A DNA stretch of 64,000 nt from Rhynchobatus australiae (taxonomy: Eukaryota): the NCBI GenBank assembly GCA_034780895.1, contig JAUZTB010000098.1, positions 23,080,113-23,144,112 of the forward strand. The letters run 5' to 3'. The notes below the pieces were generated by a model. It did not search any database and had not been told where the DNA came from. It saw nothing but the letters and a program-made list of their open reading frames with translations. The position numbers and the translations under genes are program-made. Numbering within the stretch: the first letter of the stretch is position 1; every line of letters begins with the position of its first letter. This document shows, one piece after another, positions 25,751 through 39,350 of the stretch.

Positions 25751-28689
25751 AGTCATAGTTCTCTTTGTTGCCATTTTACTGGTTCTCAGTTCAGTAGCTT
25801 TTCCATTTTGAAGATGAAAATGGCAAAATAATAAATGAAAATAATTTAATACCTAAACTTCAAGCAAATCAGGGAACTTCTCTTTTCTCATTTCTGCAAC
25901 CCCCATCCTCATCTCCTGATTTCTGGTGTTTATTTTATTATATTCCAAAGTAGTAATCAATGATACAGGAGTCATTTTGGATGGGAACTTGTATTCTTCT
26001 GGCCTTTTCTTTTTGTGGTTTGGTATTTTGGATGGCAGTTTTATCAACAGTGCTGTATGATGGGAACCATTTTTAAACCTTGGTATGAGTGAACTGAAGT
26101 TTAAAGTTACCATTGTTGAATGCAAGATCATTGTACAGAGCAGTTTTTAATGTAGCAAAACAGGCTTTTTGCCCAGCGAGGAGAACAATTGCTTTTGATT
26201 CTTGTGTGGTGCTATTTTCAGATTTGTTTCTAAGTGTTCATAGCTTTGTTAAGGCATTGATTTATGGTCCATTGTTTGTGCTGCTTATTGAATGTATGAA
26301 TGGGACGGCCAATACCATGCTTGTGGAAATAGGATTAACTGAAGTTTCAAATTTTCCCTCAAGTATCAGCCTTTTTCTATTTTTGCACCAGTGACCACTT
26401 GAATTTTTTGTCATGATCAATGACAATATATACCCATTTGTCCTAAGTGGGATGAAATATTCTATTTAGTTTATGCTGTTCACTGAATGGCTGAATTGCA
26501 TCTTTTGTTTTCCGATTACAATTCCATTCCATGAAACCTAGCAGAANNNNNNNNNNNNNNNNNNNGTAATTTCATCGAGCTGATTCTGCCTTGAAAAAGG
26601 GACTATGAAAAATCACATGTTTACAACTGTTCATCTTCCATCCAGTAATTCTTGCTGTATGCTTCCAGATAGCAACAGAGGGACCCTAAAATCAGGCCTT
26701 ATTTATTGTTGCCCTTGTCTTCAGAAACACTTCATTTGTTGTGAAGTGTTTTGGGACCTTGAGGTGGTTTAGGGCACTATTTCAATGAAAACTCCTTTTA
26801 TACAAATAACAGCTTTTAACTTGACTTTGATGCTGTACGAGGTTCATAACTATTTAAAAATCATGACTCTTGCTGTTGCTACATCAAGTAATGTGTGCTT
26901 ATAATCCCAAATTAGGCACCTCACTATGCTCGAACATTTCAATGGATTTGAGAACTTCAAAGCATTGAAGGATAATGACTACTGAAAGCATATCATGTTT
27001 GCAATAATGCAGGAAGATAAAGATGGTTAAAGTTGTTCTTTAAAACAATTACTCATTCAATGAACTACCTCATTTGTGTTTCTTAATAGTGCTCCCTTCA
27101 GTTAAAAGAAAATATCACCAAAGTTTTTGAAAATGAATTATGCAAATGGTTATTTTCTTCTCCTTCCCATTTTTTATTTATTTTCCTTCTGTTCTAAATC
27201 CCTTTTGAATTTCTATTCATGCTATATGAAATGGCCAAACACAGAGCAGATTGAAGAAATAAAATCTGTATTCCACCATCCATGCCAAAGCATCTCACCA
27301 CTTCATTATCAAGAATTCTCCATCGCTTGTCTCCCATAAATTGTCTGCAGTCTAAGGAATTATTAATTGCCTGCTTTAAAGTGGTGCCACACTTTGAAGC
27401 TTTGCCTAATCTGCCATGCAAAGTCCCCTTGTTTTACTCGCGCAAGTATTTTGTCGTGCCAGGCTGCTGCTAGTTATTTTATTTCAGCATCAGCTGTCAG
27501 CATCAGAAGACAGCCTGCCATTCCTAGCATTGGAATGCATTGCTGCATCTCTCCAAAATTTAATGGAACTTGCAGAAGGTTGAGGCTTAAACAGTTTTTA
27601 AGAGGCAATTTAGAAAAAATATTTTGTGAGCAGCTTTCGTTGATGTCAGCAGTGGTCTTTTGCTTTGCCACTGACCACAGAATCCAATTTCACAGTATTA
27701 AGTTTGCTGAGTGAACTGCTGTTGGACTGAACAATTTTTAGATGTGTTCTTTGGAATTTTCCAGAGAAAATTGAGAGAGTCACTCAGAAAATTCAGTGCA
27801 GATTGTGGTGTGTTGTTGGATCAGTTTGCTTGTTGAATCTGTATCTCTAAGACAATAATACATGAGTGACCGTGCCATCTTATCAAAATACTCTGCAGTT
27901 TCCTTACATTCTCCTAATTATTTTCAGTGCTTCCTAGTTTTATCTATTGACAGAGGCTTCTGGGTCTGCATCCAACACATGGGTGTAGACAGAATTGCAC
28001 AGAAATATGCCACAGAGATTGGCCAGTTGGTTTGTGACCTTACTTGTGCATAACTTAATCATTCTCCCATCTTAATTGATCTAAACCAATTAGCAGAATC
28101 TCTTCTCATATTTATCTTGCTTTCCCAACAAGATGTTTCCCAACAAGTGGTCCCTGAAAAGAACCCTGTTGAATACTGTTACTGACACTTGTAACCATTT
28201 GGAGTAACTGCCCTTGATTTTTGTCCTTCATTTACTCCCTTTGGACCACACGTAATTCAATTTATGAAAATCAAGAAACTGTGGATGCTGGAAATCTGGT
28301 CATGTTCTGCAATGCAAGTGTGAGGAACAGCTCCTTATCTTCTGTCAGGATACTTGTAGCCCTCTAAACTCAATGAGTTCTCCAATTTCCATTAACTTGC
28401 TCTTTCTGTCTGTATCAATGAGAACTGGCTGTTTCTACCGATCGTCATTTTGGCTTAATGTTTCTTTTACTATTGGTATAGTCTGCCCTGCTGGTCAAAT
28501 CCCACAGTTTTGCTATTAACAACACATTACAGAGACAGAAGGATAATCTGATCCTAATTGCTTATCCAACTGCTGCGTGAATTCATCCTATTAGAGATTT
28601 TCCCTTGGTTCCACCCATGCCTCCTCCACCTTCTGAACTATGAAAAACAAGCTTGTGTTTCTCTCTTTCCCAACAGTGATGAATGGTCT

Positions 28690-29699
28690 TCTTGTGGCCT
28701 TGAGAAAGCCACATGGAGGCTGTAGCTGAAGAGATATGACAAGCTTTTATTCAACACAGCAGATCTTCTGGAAAATCTACTTCTCTCCCCTCACTCAACA
28801 GGATGGTGATATTTTCTACCTTTTGAACACGAAGACAAAAATAAGTGATTAACTACAGTTTCAAAGGCTATATTTACCTACTTAGCATTAACATTTTGAA
28901 TATAAAGAGGTAGCTTTTGCCGATTAACATATATTTACAATGGGAGCATATCCTAACTGGCAGAACCTCTTTGAATATTCAAATACTGGTCGGTGGTCTA
29001 AACTGTTCTGAGCACAAACTCCAGACACCCAAAATATACCTCTTTTGTTACAGTGCTGTGGGATGACTCCCTGAATATATGAACAGTTAGAATATTGTGA
29101 CAAAACAGACATGTCCTGAACTGTTCATGAAGTGGCAGAGATATGTCTTTAACAATATGTTAATACAGGAGATGGCCACTTAATGGCTTGCTTAATCTTA
29201 TTGTGGTTTCAGTGAGCAAAAATTAACATGAGCATCAATCTATTGACTTTCTCTGCATAATTACAATTGTACAGAATCAGAATGTCCTACACCCAACATC
29301 GGTTTCAATGGCCTTAAAAAGTCAGTGGAAGTTGAATTGTGAATGCATTTCCTAGTGCTTGCTTTATCCACATAAGATAAGATATCTTTATTAGTCATGT
29401 GTACATGGAGAAACAGTGAAATGCATCTTTTTGTGTAGAGTGTTCTGGGGGCAAGCCCGCAAGTGTTGCCAAGCCTCCAGTGCCAACATAGCATTCCCAC
29501 AACTTCCTAACCCGTACGTCTTTAGAATGTGGGAGGAAACCGGAGCACCCAGAGGAAACCAACGCAGACACGGGGGAATGTACAAACCTCACAGACAGCG
29601 GCTGGAATTGAACACAGGTCGCTGGTGCTGTAATAGCATTACACTAACTGCTACACTACTGTGCCTGCCCCAGTTTCATAACTCCAGAATGATCTCACA
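28690..29699 (-). mobile_element. Probable solo LTR
   Basis: Flanked by GGTCT at 28685-28689 and 29700-29704. Minus strand starts TGTGAG and ends CCACAAGA, with AATAAA at 28746-28751. Confidence 0.55.
29372..29670 (-). mobile_element. Full-length V-SINE, tail type B
   Basis: Head gggcaggcacagtagtgtagcagttag, V domain, tail ending gactaataaagatatcttatcttat. Confidence 0.9.
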
Positions 29700-31004
29700 G
29701 GTCTCAGACCTGAAATGTAAATTGTTCCTCCTTTTGCAGATGCTGCCTGACTTACTGACTGACTCTCTCACTGATCCCATCGCAGTAAATTTTCCAGTCA
29801 TACACCATGTGAATCCTTCAAAACAAAAATCCATGAATACAAGATCTATTGAATTGCCCTGCCCAGTACGCACGTTCAATGAACTGCACTGCTGAATTTG
29901 CAGCCTTCATTGAATTTGCCTTGCCCTTTACACCACATTCATTGTCTTGGCCCAATCTACCATATTTGAACTCCTTAACTTGCTTTTCAGGTTTTTTAAG
30001 CACAAGTGCCTTTCTGAAAAGCAAGTTGGCTGTACTTAATTTTTCCCCCTCTTCATCTGGATATTCAGTCATTTCAGCTTTAATTAAAAATTCCAATATT
30101 TTATGACTTACATTAACTGGCCTGGAATTATTGAGATTAGCCTCCTGAAAAAAGGCTGTTCTCTAAACCTCCAGCACTCAATAGGATCTTGAAATGTAAT
30201 TTGTAGGGCTTCTGTTATCTGCCTCTTGCTTGTCCACCAATTTTCCTTAGGATCTTTGTCTATACAATGATACTTCATCCTGATTTACCTTGAATTTGCT
30301 GTCTCACTTTTAACATATTCATGTTCATTTCATAAATGCCTTTTGTAAATAGTAATACAATGTATTTCAAAGTGCTCCATCCAATTTCTTCTCCCTTTTC
30401 TCACTCTTCATTTAACAATTTTCTATCACGTGTCAAACACTTTTTTCTTAAAGACAGCTTTTGATATTTTCTCATTAACATCAATACTTTCCAACAAGCT
30501 GTGTGTGCTCTCTGCTCTCTTAACTAACCACAGATTAACAATGGGCAGGGGTGAGAGTGAGTGTGACAGATTGGTGGGGAGGGTGGAAGAAGGGAAGTGA
30601 AACAACTCTCAGAGAACCATCAAGCTCTGGCATCTCTCTCTGTCTCCCTTGCCCTCCACTCATAACTCTTCCTTATTCTGAAATGACCATCTCCTTCCAC
30701 CCACTCTGCCAGACAGACACAGACAGGCACATACACACACGATATCAGCTTCCCAACACTTCCTCCATATCTGCTTCCCAACACTTCCTCTCTGGCCCTT
30801 CCCATGCCTCCCAGCATCACATCCCCAACAACTCATTTTCTTCCTGGCTGTTATCTCCTTTGCAATATGTGATCCAGACAATTAGTTTGTTCATGCAGCA
30901 GAACCTACCAGGACTCCCAAGGTGAATCAGACAGTTTGACCAAAAGTGGTAGGATGTCAAAGGCCATGGACGGTGTTTTTATAGATAACAATGGGTATTT
31001 TAAC

Positions 31005-31500
31005 TCTGAAACAAGAACAGAATATGCTGGGAACACTCAGCAGGTCAAGTGGCATCTGTGGAAGGGAAATGGAGTTAACATTCCAGGTCCATCAGAACTG
31101 GAAAGGAGAGAAAATAAGTTTGTTTATGATATTGAATCCAGAAGGCTGCAATATGCCCAGGCAGAAGATGAGGTTCTGTTCCTCCAGTTTATATTGGCCT
31201 TATTATAACAGAGCAAGAGGCTGTAAACATATAGGTCAGAGTGGGAGTGGAAAGGAAAATTAAAGTGGCAAACAAAGGGAAGCTCCTGTGAACTGAATGG
31301 AGTTGCTCCACAAAGCATTCACCCAATTAGTTTCTCAACATGAAGAAGAACATGCAGTGAACTTCAGTGAATGCAGTGGATGAGATTAAGGGAGCACTTC
31401 ACAAGGGAATCATTGCTTAATCTGGAGGGACTGTTTGCGTCTCTGGATGGTTGGAAGAACTAAAAAGTGTTATCGCTTATGGTTGTGTCACCTGTGGTTG
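31005..31500 (-). mobile_element. Penelope-like element relic with GIY-YIG C-terminus
   Basis: Minus strand LPFVCHFNFPFHSHSDLYV, then after a frameshift KLEEQNLIFCLGILQPSGFNI (31129-31190). Degenerate hammerhead at about 31072-31101. Confidence 0.8.
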
Positions 31501-32129
31501 CCAGGGTGTCGGTGGTGAAGTTTTCAGGATTTTAGATGTGTTCATATGAAGAATGGGGAATTAAGATTTATTCATGAGGTGAGTTCCATGGAGAGAATGA
31601 GTTGCTCATGATTCTGTGATTAAACGTTATGCGGTTGTATTTGTGCATATATTTCTAAAGTAAATTAAATGATGTATTTAATGTAATTTGTAGAAAAGAA
31701 AGACATTAATTTTTGCAGAACATTGTATTTTTTCTGCATCAAATTTTGGATTTTACTCTACATAATTCCCTGAAGTGTTTTCATTCCCATTGCCTGGATA
31801 GTGAAGTCCTGCTGTTGTTTGGCCGCCATCCATGGATTGAAGCTAAATTCGTAAATTTGAAGCTTGATTTTGGAAGTTTTTCCAATGTTATGATTTAGAT
31901 GTGAAGTTTTTCTTACTGTGAATGATATGCCAAGTGATCAATTCCTTGCAACCTGGACCGTGAACATTCCTCAGGGAAGCCAGGGAAGTTTTGCAAACAT
32001 TTTTTTCAAAAGCCGAGGTCAGCAAAGGGGGAAGCTATTTATACAGTGGATTTTATGCAAATTACATGGGAATTAGCCTCACTGTGATGGGGGTGGGAAT
32101 GGGCAAATTATTGGAAACATTTTAAGACC

Positions 32130-33090
32130 AAGTATGAGTCATTGTTTGGAAAGCTGCAAGTTAATCAAGGACCATTGGGAAGCATCTGTTAAGGGGAGGC
32201 CATGCCTTGCTAACTGGATGCTGTTTTTTGATGAGATCACAAAGAAGGATATGTTTTTGATGTAGTCCAGAAGGAATATAGAAAGGCTTTTGACAAAGTC
32301 CCAAGTGGTATGCTCATCAGAAAACGAGAACTTTGTGGGGTCCAAGGGAAATTAGTGGGTTTGGATCCAAAATCACTTGAGTGCAGGAATCANNNNNNNN
32401 NNNNNNNNNNNNNNNNNNNNNNNNNNNNNNNNNNNNNNNNNNNNNNNNNNNNNNNNNNNNNNNNNNNNNNNNNNNNNNNNNNNNNNNNNNNNCTGATGGA
32501 ATGGTTGCTTTCGTTAATCGAGGTATTGAGTGCAGGAATCAAGAAGTATTAATGTTTTGTTCACTGGAAGGCTGTGTGTAGTGAATAGGCTTTCACAGGA
32601 CTCTCTGTTCTTTGCTATTGTGATTTGTACCTTTAGAAATGAAATGTTGAACCTCAAGCGAGTTTGTGGCTGACACACAAAATGGATATGAAACAAGCAT
32701 GGATCTCGTTGACCATGACTTTCAAAAAATTCTTCAATGCGCTATTATAGCCGTCAAGTGTGCAGAAAATTGGAAAATGGGAGTGGGCAAAAAAGCTAAT
32801 GGAATATACAAAAATGGTGGGGTATTGAGAAGTGTTGAAGAACAATAAGCTTGTCCTTGCGTCCCATAAGGCAAATAAGATGCATTGAGACATGGAATAC
32901 AAAAACAGGGCAAACATACTTAATGTATACCACTTGAAAGGCCATCTCCACAAAAGGCCATAGAGAGGGAGAACTGGGTGCACTTCTGGTCATAACATTA
33001 TAGAAAGGTCTTGGTTATACAGGAAAGGGTGTAGAGATGTATAATAATGCTGCCAGGGCTGGAGAATTAAAGCTATGTGGAAAAATTGGA
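32130..33090 (+). mobile_element. Degraded CR1 reverse transcriptase fragment
   Basis: GRPCLANW..FFDEIT, KAFDKVP and a FADDTK-like motif (tttgtggctgacacacaa). Confidence 0.7.
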
Positions 33091-34789
33091 TAGCTCTCCT
33101 GGGATTTCCCTTTGGTATTTTTACGTTATTTACCACTGATCCATAGGAATACCTGGCACATGACTGCTCAAAGGGAGGAGCATTCCAGATGGAATTGATG
33201 TCCTTAAGTCCATTTGCCAGGAGCAGTCAGAAGCCCTGCATAAATACTGCAAGTACCTTTTGCCTTAACTGTGGCAGGGTTTGCAGATTCAGTCATGCCC
33301 TCAGAACCTCTTCAGAACCCATAGAATTAGAGTGGAAGACAGTCATCCTTAATCCTGAGGATTTATTCAGAAGAAAAAGATCATGGGATGTGTGCTTGTG
33401 ATTTATTCTGTGACAGTGTCTGAGAACGAAACAAGGCAGGAAATTCATCTTTGAACAGAAGCTTTTTTGTTTGAAAGAATGGACTTGAAAAAGTTCTTCA
33501 TTGGCGATGTACATTGATGAATTGCTTGAATTTCAAAGTTGCCACGCTGATGACTGACCACTTTCCAATGTAAATATCCCTCTGAATTCTCTGCTTTGAA
33601 ATTTAAGCTCTTGTTATTTGAGGCTCTATTTTTCAGTTGAGCAACTGAGACCACCACAGTACTTAGATTCCTCCATCTCAAGGAAGGAGCAGCACCAACT
33701 GTTGGTACAGAAATTTATTTCCTGTTGGATGATTCATGCTTTGGAGATGCTAATGCAATGAATTTGCATTCCCAGCGTCAAAGAAAGGGTGTTACCTTGA
33801 GGTGGTTGAGCCATTAAAACAAGGTATTCTAAGTTTTTTTTTCCTCCCAGTTTAACATAGTTGTAACATTTTCTTTCTCCTGAGTAATCATTTAGTATAT
33901 AACTAAGGAAGAATGTTTGGACTGTGATGAGAGTAAACCACTTAAAAAAAATCACTTTGTTTTTTTCTTAATTATCATTCAGAGACTATACATTACAGTT
34001 CATTAGTTTTTATGTTTTGATTTAGCTTGTATCGCAAAACTTGCAAAGCAAATCAACAACATCACCATCAGTAGAGGCTATTATTTACAGATGATTGCTT
34101 TTGGATCTGTCACAGTTTTAACCTTGCAGTTAATCACAGTGAATTAGCTTTTATAGCTGATGATACACGTGCATTTTAAATAGCGTTAACTTACTGCTAA
34201 ATATCCGAAGGACATTAACACTTGGTGCTTTAATATGCATAGGTCACAATGGAAAAACGTCACTTTGGCTTCAGTGATTTTTTTTCTGAACAGGAAGATG
34301 ACTTTGTGCAATATGAGCTGCCATCAAGATACTGATGAATGCATTTGTTCCTTTCATTTCAACCGTCTGTTGTGAAATTTTCCCACTTAATCTGAGAGCC
34401 AGGTGGCATAAAATGAAGAGAATATTTTATTCCACATTTCCCCCCAAGTAATATGATCTTAATTCCACTGCCCTAAATGTAGTAACTTTCAAGAGACTAT
34501 TGGATAAATATGAGAAATAAATTTCATGGCTTTTGCGAAAGTTTATTGGACTTATTGGGAGGCCAACATAGGCACAGTGGATTGAGTGGCCTCTTACTGT
34601 GCTGCTTGAGGCAGTGATTCCATCGTCTTTCAGTGCCATTCATCTTCATACAGCATGTGATCTGAGTTACTGCTGCCATTTTCTGGAAATTGGAGTTGTC
34701 TATCCATTTGCAAAGAATCCACTGGAATTAGCAAATGTTAATACCGTAAAATCTTTGTTATCCAACGTGTTTGAGTAACTAGCTCATCT

Positions 34790-37135
34790 CCGAGGGAGGA
34801 ACCACAAAGATATTTGCATTGCCTGCACCTTGACAATAACTGCTGACTGCCAGACTGACAACCACCTAATCTTCTCTCCATCAACTTGGCCCAAAAATAT
34901 CGACAACAGAAGTGTTGCTACAAAAAAGCAGATCAGCAGTTTTTCTCAGATGGAGCCTCACAGACAACCTGTCAACTCCCAGTTTACAGGAGCCACAGAG
35001 TGTCTATTGCTTATGAACTGCCCTGAAGTCCACCTATGAAGACACTCTTAGCATCTCTCCCAAGCAGAACTAGGACCGCTTTGTTATCGAGTCACACAGC
35101 ACGTAAACGAGCCATTTGGCCCATCATGGCCATATTGACCATCAAATAACTATCTGTACAAAATCCCATTTACCAGCACTTGGTCAATAGCCTTCAATGC
35201 TTTAGTAATTCAAGTGACTTGGTAAATGTTGGGAGAGTACTCGTCTCCACCACCCACTTGGTCAGTGCATTTCAGGTTCTACTTGCCCTCTGAATGAAAA
35301 AAAGTTCTTCCTCAGACCCTCTTTAAATGTCTCACTCTTTCACCTAAATCTACACAAATGTAAGGTGATCCTCGAGTGGAAGTTCTACCTTTTGTTCAAG
35401 GGGAAGAAACAAATGTTATAAACTCCTGAGGTTGAGATCCAGCAGAATATTGGTGACCAAATGAACACCCAGTGGATGTAGAGAACAACTCACAAACAGC
35501 CAAGTTGTGCATAAGTTTTTCAGTGCTGTGAAAACCATTTGTGATCCAAACAGCCAAGGCTTCAAGTCATTGCGAATCAAGCAAAGAGGAACTTGTGCTC
35601 ATCGGGGACAGAGAGGCAGTCAACACCCACTGGAAGGAACACTTTGAAGATACTTCTACTATGACTCTGTCCTTGGCTTAAGAGCTTCATCCAACAGCAA
35701 TGTATGTTTGCCAAACTTGCTGGCACTCATGACTGTCAAAAATTTAATTAGGTCATAGCTCAATTCAAAAATAACAAGGCTTCAAGAGCAGACCAATCCC
35801 TGCTGAAATCCTAAAATGCAATAGTGAAGGGTTTAGGTCACAAATCTGCAATCTCCTTATCTGCTTCTGGGAAGAGGAGGCTATACCTTGAGACCTCATA
35901 GATGTTGCAATTGTGACCATTTAGGATAGAAGTCAGTTCTACAAGTTTGACAGTGGTCATTAGGTCTCACTACTGTCTGGCACAGTGAATGTCATTGCTT
36001 GGGTTCTCCTCAACTCCTCCTCCCAATGGCTGAAGAGCTGCTTGCCAAATTACAGTGTGGATTCTGTCCACTTGGAGACATTGAGGACGCGATCTTAACT
36101 GCACGCCAATACTTAGAAAAATGCAGGGAGCAGCACTCCAATTTTGACCAGACCAAAGACATTAACTTCAATAATTGGGAGGAGCTGTGGAACTCCCTCA
36201 AATTTGGTTGTCCACAGAAATTTGTCTCCATCTTACATACTCTGTACAATGGTAAGTAAATCATAATTCTCACTGGACAGTTCTGCAGAGAATCAAANNN
36301 TGAAAACTAGTGTAAAACAACACTGTATCATTGCCCCAGCATTTTTCTCAATGTGTCTCACTGCAAATTGGTACCTCACCTCAAACAAAGATCCTCTGGA
36401 ATTGGAGTTAATCTTCAGAATTAATGGGGAACTGATCAATTGATGGTGACTTCATTCCAGAACCAAGGTTATCCAAACCTTGCTTGTAGATCTAAAGTAT
36501 GTAGAGGATGTTTGTGATTGCGAAAGCTCAGAGACTGAGTTCCAAGACATCGGCAACTCATTCACCAAAGCTTTTGAGAGAGTAGGCCTTGGACTCCATA
36601 AGACCAAGGTCTTTGATCAATCTGCCCTGCTGCACCACATTGCCTGCTGTCTATGAAGGTTCACCACAAGATTCTTGAAAATGTTGGACCACTTCTCATA
36701 TTGGAGAAACACCTGTGTGTGAAAGCAGGTACTGATGATGAAATTCACCACTGTTTTCAATACACAGTCTTTGCTCAGCTTGAAGATCATTTCCTCAGAT
36801 ACGGCACATAAGCAGCTTTGATCACAGCCCTCCAATGTGCTTCTGAAACCTAGACTACCTACAGCTGACATCTCAGGACACCGGAAAAATAACACCAATG
36901 AAATGTCCACAAAATCATCCAAATTCAGTGCAAGACAAGCGAACCAACAGCAGTGTCAGTGACCTCTCCCAGGTCAAAGTCCCTAGAATTGAGGACCTTG
37001 ACACCCATTTGGTGAGGAGTTGGCATGCCTAATACCAGAATCTTCAAATAAATACTTAACTCTGAGCTCAGTTTTAGGAAGAGATTACAATGCAGGCGGA
37101 ACTAAGATTCAGGACTCAAAACCTTCTTGAATGAA
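34790..37135 (+). mobile_element. RTE-clade LINE relic
   Basis: ADCQTDNHLI, HWKEHFED, LQCGFCP...ARQYLEKCREQH, FGCPQKFVSILH, VKQHCIIAP motifs; many disablements. Confidence 0.85.
35087..35350 (-). mobile_element. CR1 3' fragment nested in the RTE element
   Basis: gagtcacacagcacgtaaacgagccatttggccc is a reversed CR1 tail. Confidence 0.75.
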
Positions 37136-37154
37136 TCAACATTCCAACTGGTCC

Positions 37155-37450
37155 ATGACTGCTCAAAGGTCAGGCCACATCTGAGGAAAGAGAAACTTAA
37201 CATTTCAAGTCCAGGACCCTTCATCAGAACTGGGAAAGAGAGAAAACAAGTTTGTTTCAGCAGCAGATACTGCCTGCCCTGTGGAGTGTTACAGGCATTG
37301 TCTGTTCTGCTGTCTTCTCTCTTTCTGATGAAGGGTCTTGAACCTAAAACCTTAACTGTTTCTCATTTCATAGATGCTCTCCACTGACTGAGTATTTTCA
37401 TCACTTTATATTTTTATTTCAAATTTCCAGCATCTGCACTCTTTGTTGAT
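37155..37450. mobile_element. Fold-back Penelope-derived element with two opposed hammerhead-like cores
   Basis: Minus strand CAGTT-CTGATGA-AGGGTCCTGGACTT-GAAA-TGTT (37198-37232). Plus strand CTGATGA-AGGGTCTTGAACCT-AAAAC-CTT-AACTG (37325-37358). Confidence 0.7.
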
Positions 37451-38099
37451 TTTCCTTTTAAAATCCATCACTATAAATATCAAAAGAAATATTTCCAGAA
37501 GTGGTTGTGAATAACATTATCCATGAGTTAACATTTTATAATATGTAACTATTAATGGAAATCTGATGGAAGAGTGAAAAGCTTCTTCTCATACTTCCAT
37601 ATTGTTAAAATTCTGACCTGTTGGCATAGTATAGCATTTCTGTTTGCCTGTTGAAATCATGAATTTTTGCTTTCAAACCATTGACTCTTTGTGGTTTGTG
37701 TTTTTTGATTTACAAAGCTATTTTTTCAGTATATTGAATCACACTTAAGATTACAAAATGCTTGTAATGCAGTTCACAATGTCTCATGATATCCTCCCAT
37801 GCTGCTGTATTTTACATAGAGATTGCAAAACTCTGCTTGTTATTGCAATTTATCACAATTTATTATGTGCATTCTTCAAGCTGGCTTCAAAACATCATCT
37901 AAAGATGGCACTTGTGCTGAGAAATTACATCAAGCTCCAGCAATTACTTCTAAGCTGGATTTAATTAATAGTTGTAAAAATGGTGGATGTTTTCCTTGTC
38001 ATGAAAGCTTGAAGTATTGATTGTGCATACAAGCTTTAGCAACGTTAATAAAGTAAAAGTTTCTGCACTTCCATTGGAACATTATGAGCACAATTTGCA

Positions 38100-39350
38100 G
38101 AGGGGCAGAGACGTTCTAATGGAGGGGTGGGAAAAGGGTTAAGCATGTGGCTAAAAGATCAGAATTAGCAGCATGTGGCTAAAAGATCAGAATTAGCAGC
38201 ATGCGCCCATATTTGGCGCTGATCCAGGAAAAAGCGAGATCATTATGGCAAGACTTGAGAGAGCATGAGGGGTGTGCTTGATCTTCTGAAAGTGCTGATA
38301 GGTCCATGTCAAGGCATAGCTTGTTTGAACATTTTCAAGAAATGGGCAGACCTGCTTAATATCTTGGGCAGGGGGTAAAGATGGACAAAGACAGCAAATG
38401 CAGATTGTTTGGTGTCAGGAAATCTTTCCAAGAATCTGAAGCAAATTATCGAGGCAGATGGCTTACCTCCTCAGTAAGTGTTGAACACATATGAGGCAGG
38501 GCTCTGTTGGGAAGCATGTTCATCTTGAGTATGAGAAAACTGCTGCAGCCTTTGAGGCAGTCAAACATTGCCATAGTCCTCCTTGGAGGCAATGCTGAGG
38601 GTGAAGTAAGATTAAGCCTCTCCTAATATATCATTCAAAGAACTTGCAAGGATGAAATGGATATTCATACGCTTACCTTGGAGTGGGTTGGTGACTTAAC
38701 AGAAGAGGCTGCAAACACCAACATAAGGGGTAAGCCTAGTAATTTCTAGAGTAGGGACATGTTCGGCACGGCTTTGTGGGCCAAAGGGCCTGAATTGTGC
38801 TGTAGTTTTTCTATAACTTCACCAAAACAGCTCAATACGAGATGAGAAGTTATTTGAAGTCAAACATGATAACCATTTTCATAGATGTGGAACCCAGCAT
38901 TAAGTGTGCCTACCTGATAGGAAATGCAATGATTTGCTATAAGGAGATGAATCATATGAAATGCAGGAAAGATGTCCATATTTTTGTTGATACCTTTTAA
39001 AGCTTCGCTCATCAGCTTCCTTGGAAAGGCCACATGAAGAACTCTCGCCATCACGGACATCGGCGCCATCGAGGATGTTGGCTCCATCAGGCCAAGATTC
39101 ACCATCACCACTATCTATATGCCTGTAATATTTCTGCCTCTCACATTCCTCTCTGCCACTTCAACCTGCAGAACCATCACTATGTGAATAACCTGAATTA
39201 ATATTTTATTGTTTTACGTACTTGTATTGATGCATACTTATGTGTTTAGATTGTTTTGACTGAAAATTTGAGCTCCAGAATGCAACCTCAGTTTTTAAAT
39301 GTTTACAATTTATGAATTTTGCCTAACAAGGCATTTTCTGGTAATGCATT
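38100..39350 (+). mobile_element. Tigger/pogo DNA transposon relic
   Basis: LSMWLKDQN..LIQEKARSL (CENP-B-type HTH), LKQIIEADGLPPQ*VLNTYEAGLCW (NxDETGLxW motif), LLGGNAEG..KPLLIYHSKN. Internal 28-bp tandem duplication at 38142-38197 and a short CR1 tail at about 38745-38815. Confidence 0.75.

Larger units (their letters stand above)
28265..29760 (+). mobile_element. Penelope-derived element split by a nested insertion
   Basis: EEQLLIF GIY-YIG C-terminal relic at about 28322. Hammerhead-like core split at GGTCT. End motif cagatgctgcctgacttactga. Confidence 0.65.

Noticed and set aside
34740-34790. Possible Tigger-type terminal inverted repeat (taccgtaaaatctttgttatccaac)
   Set aside because: No partner end found.
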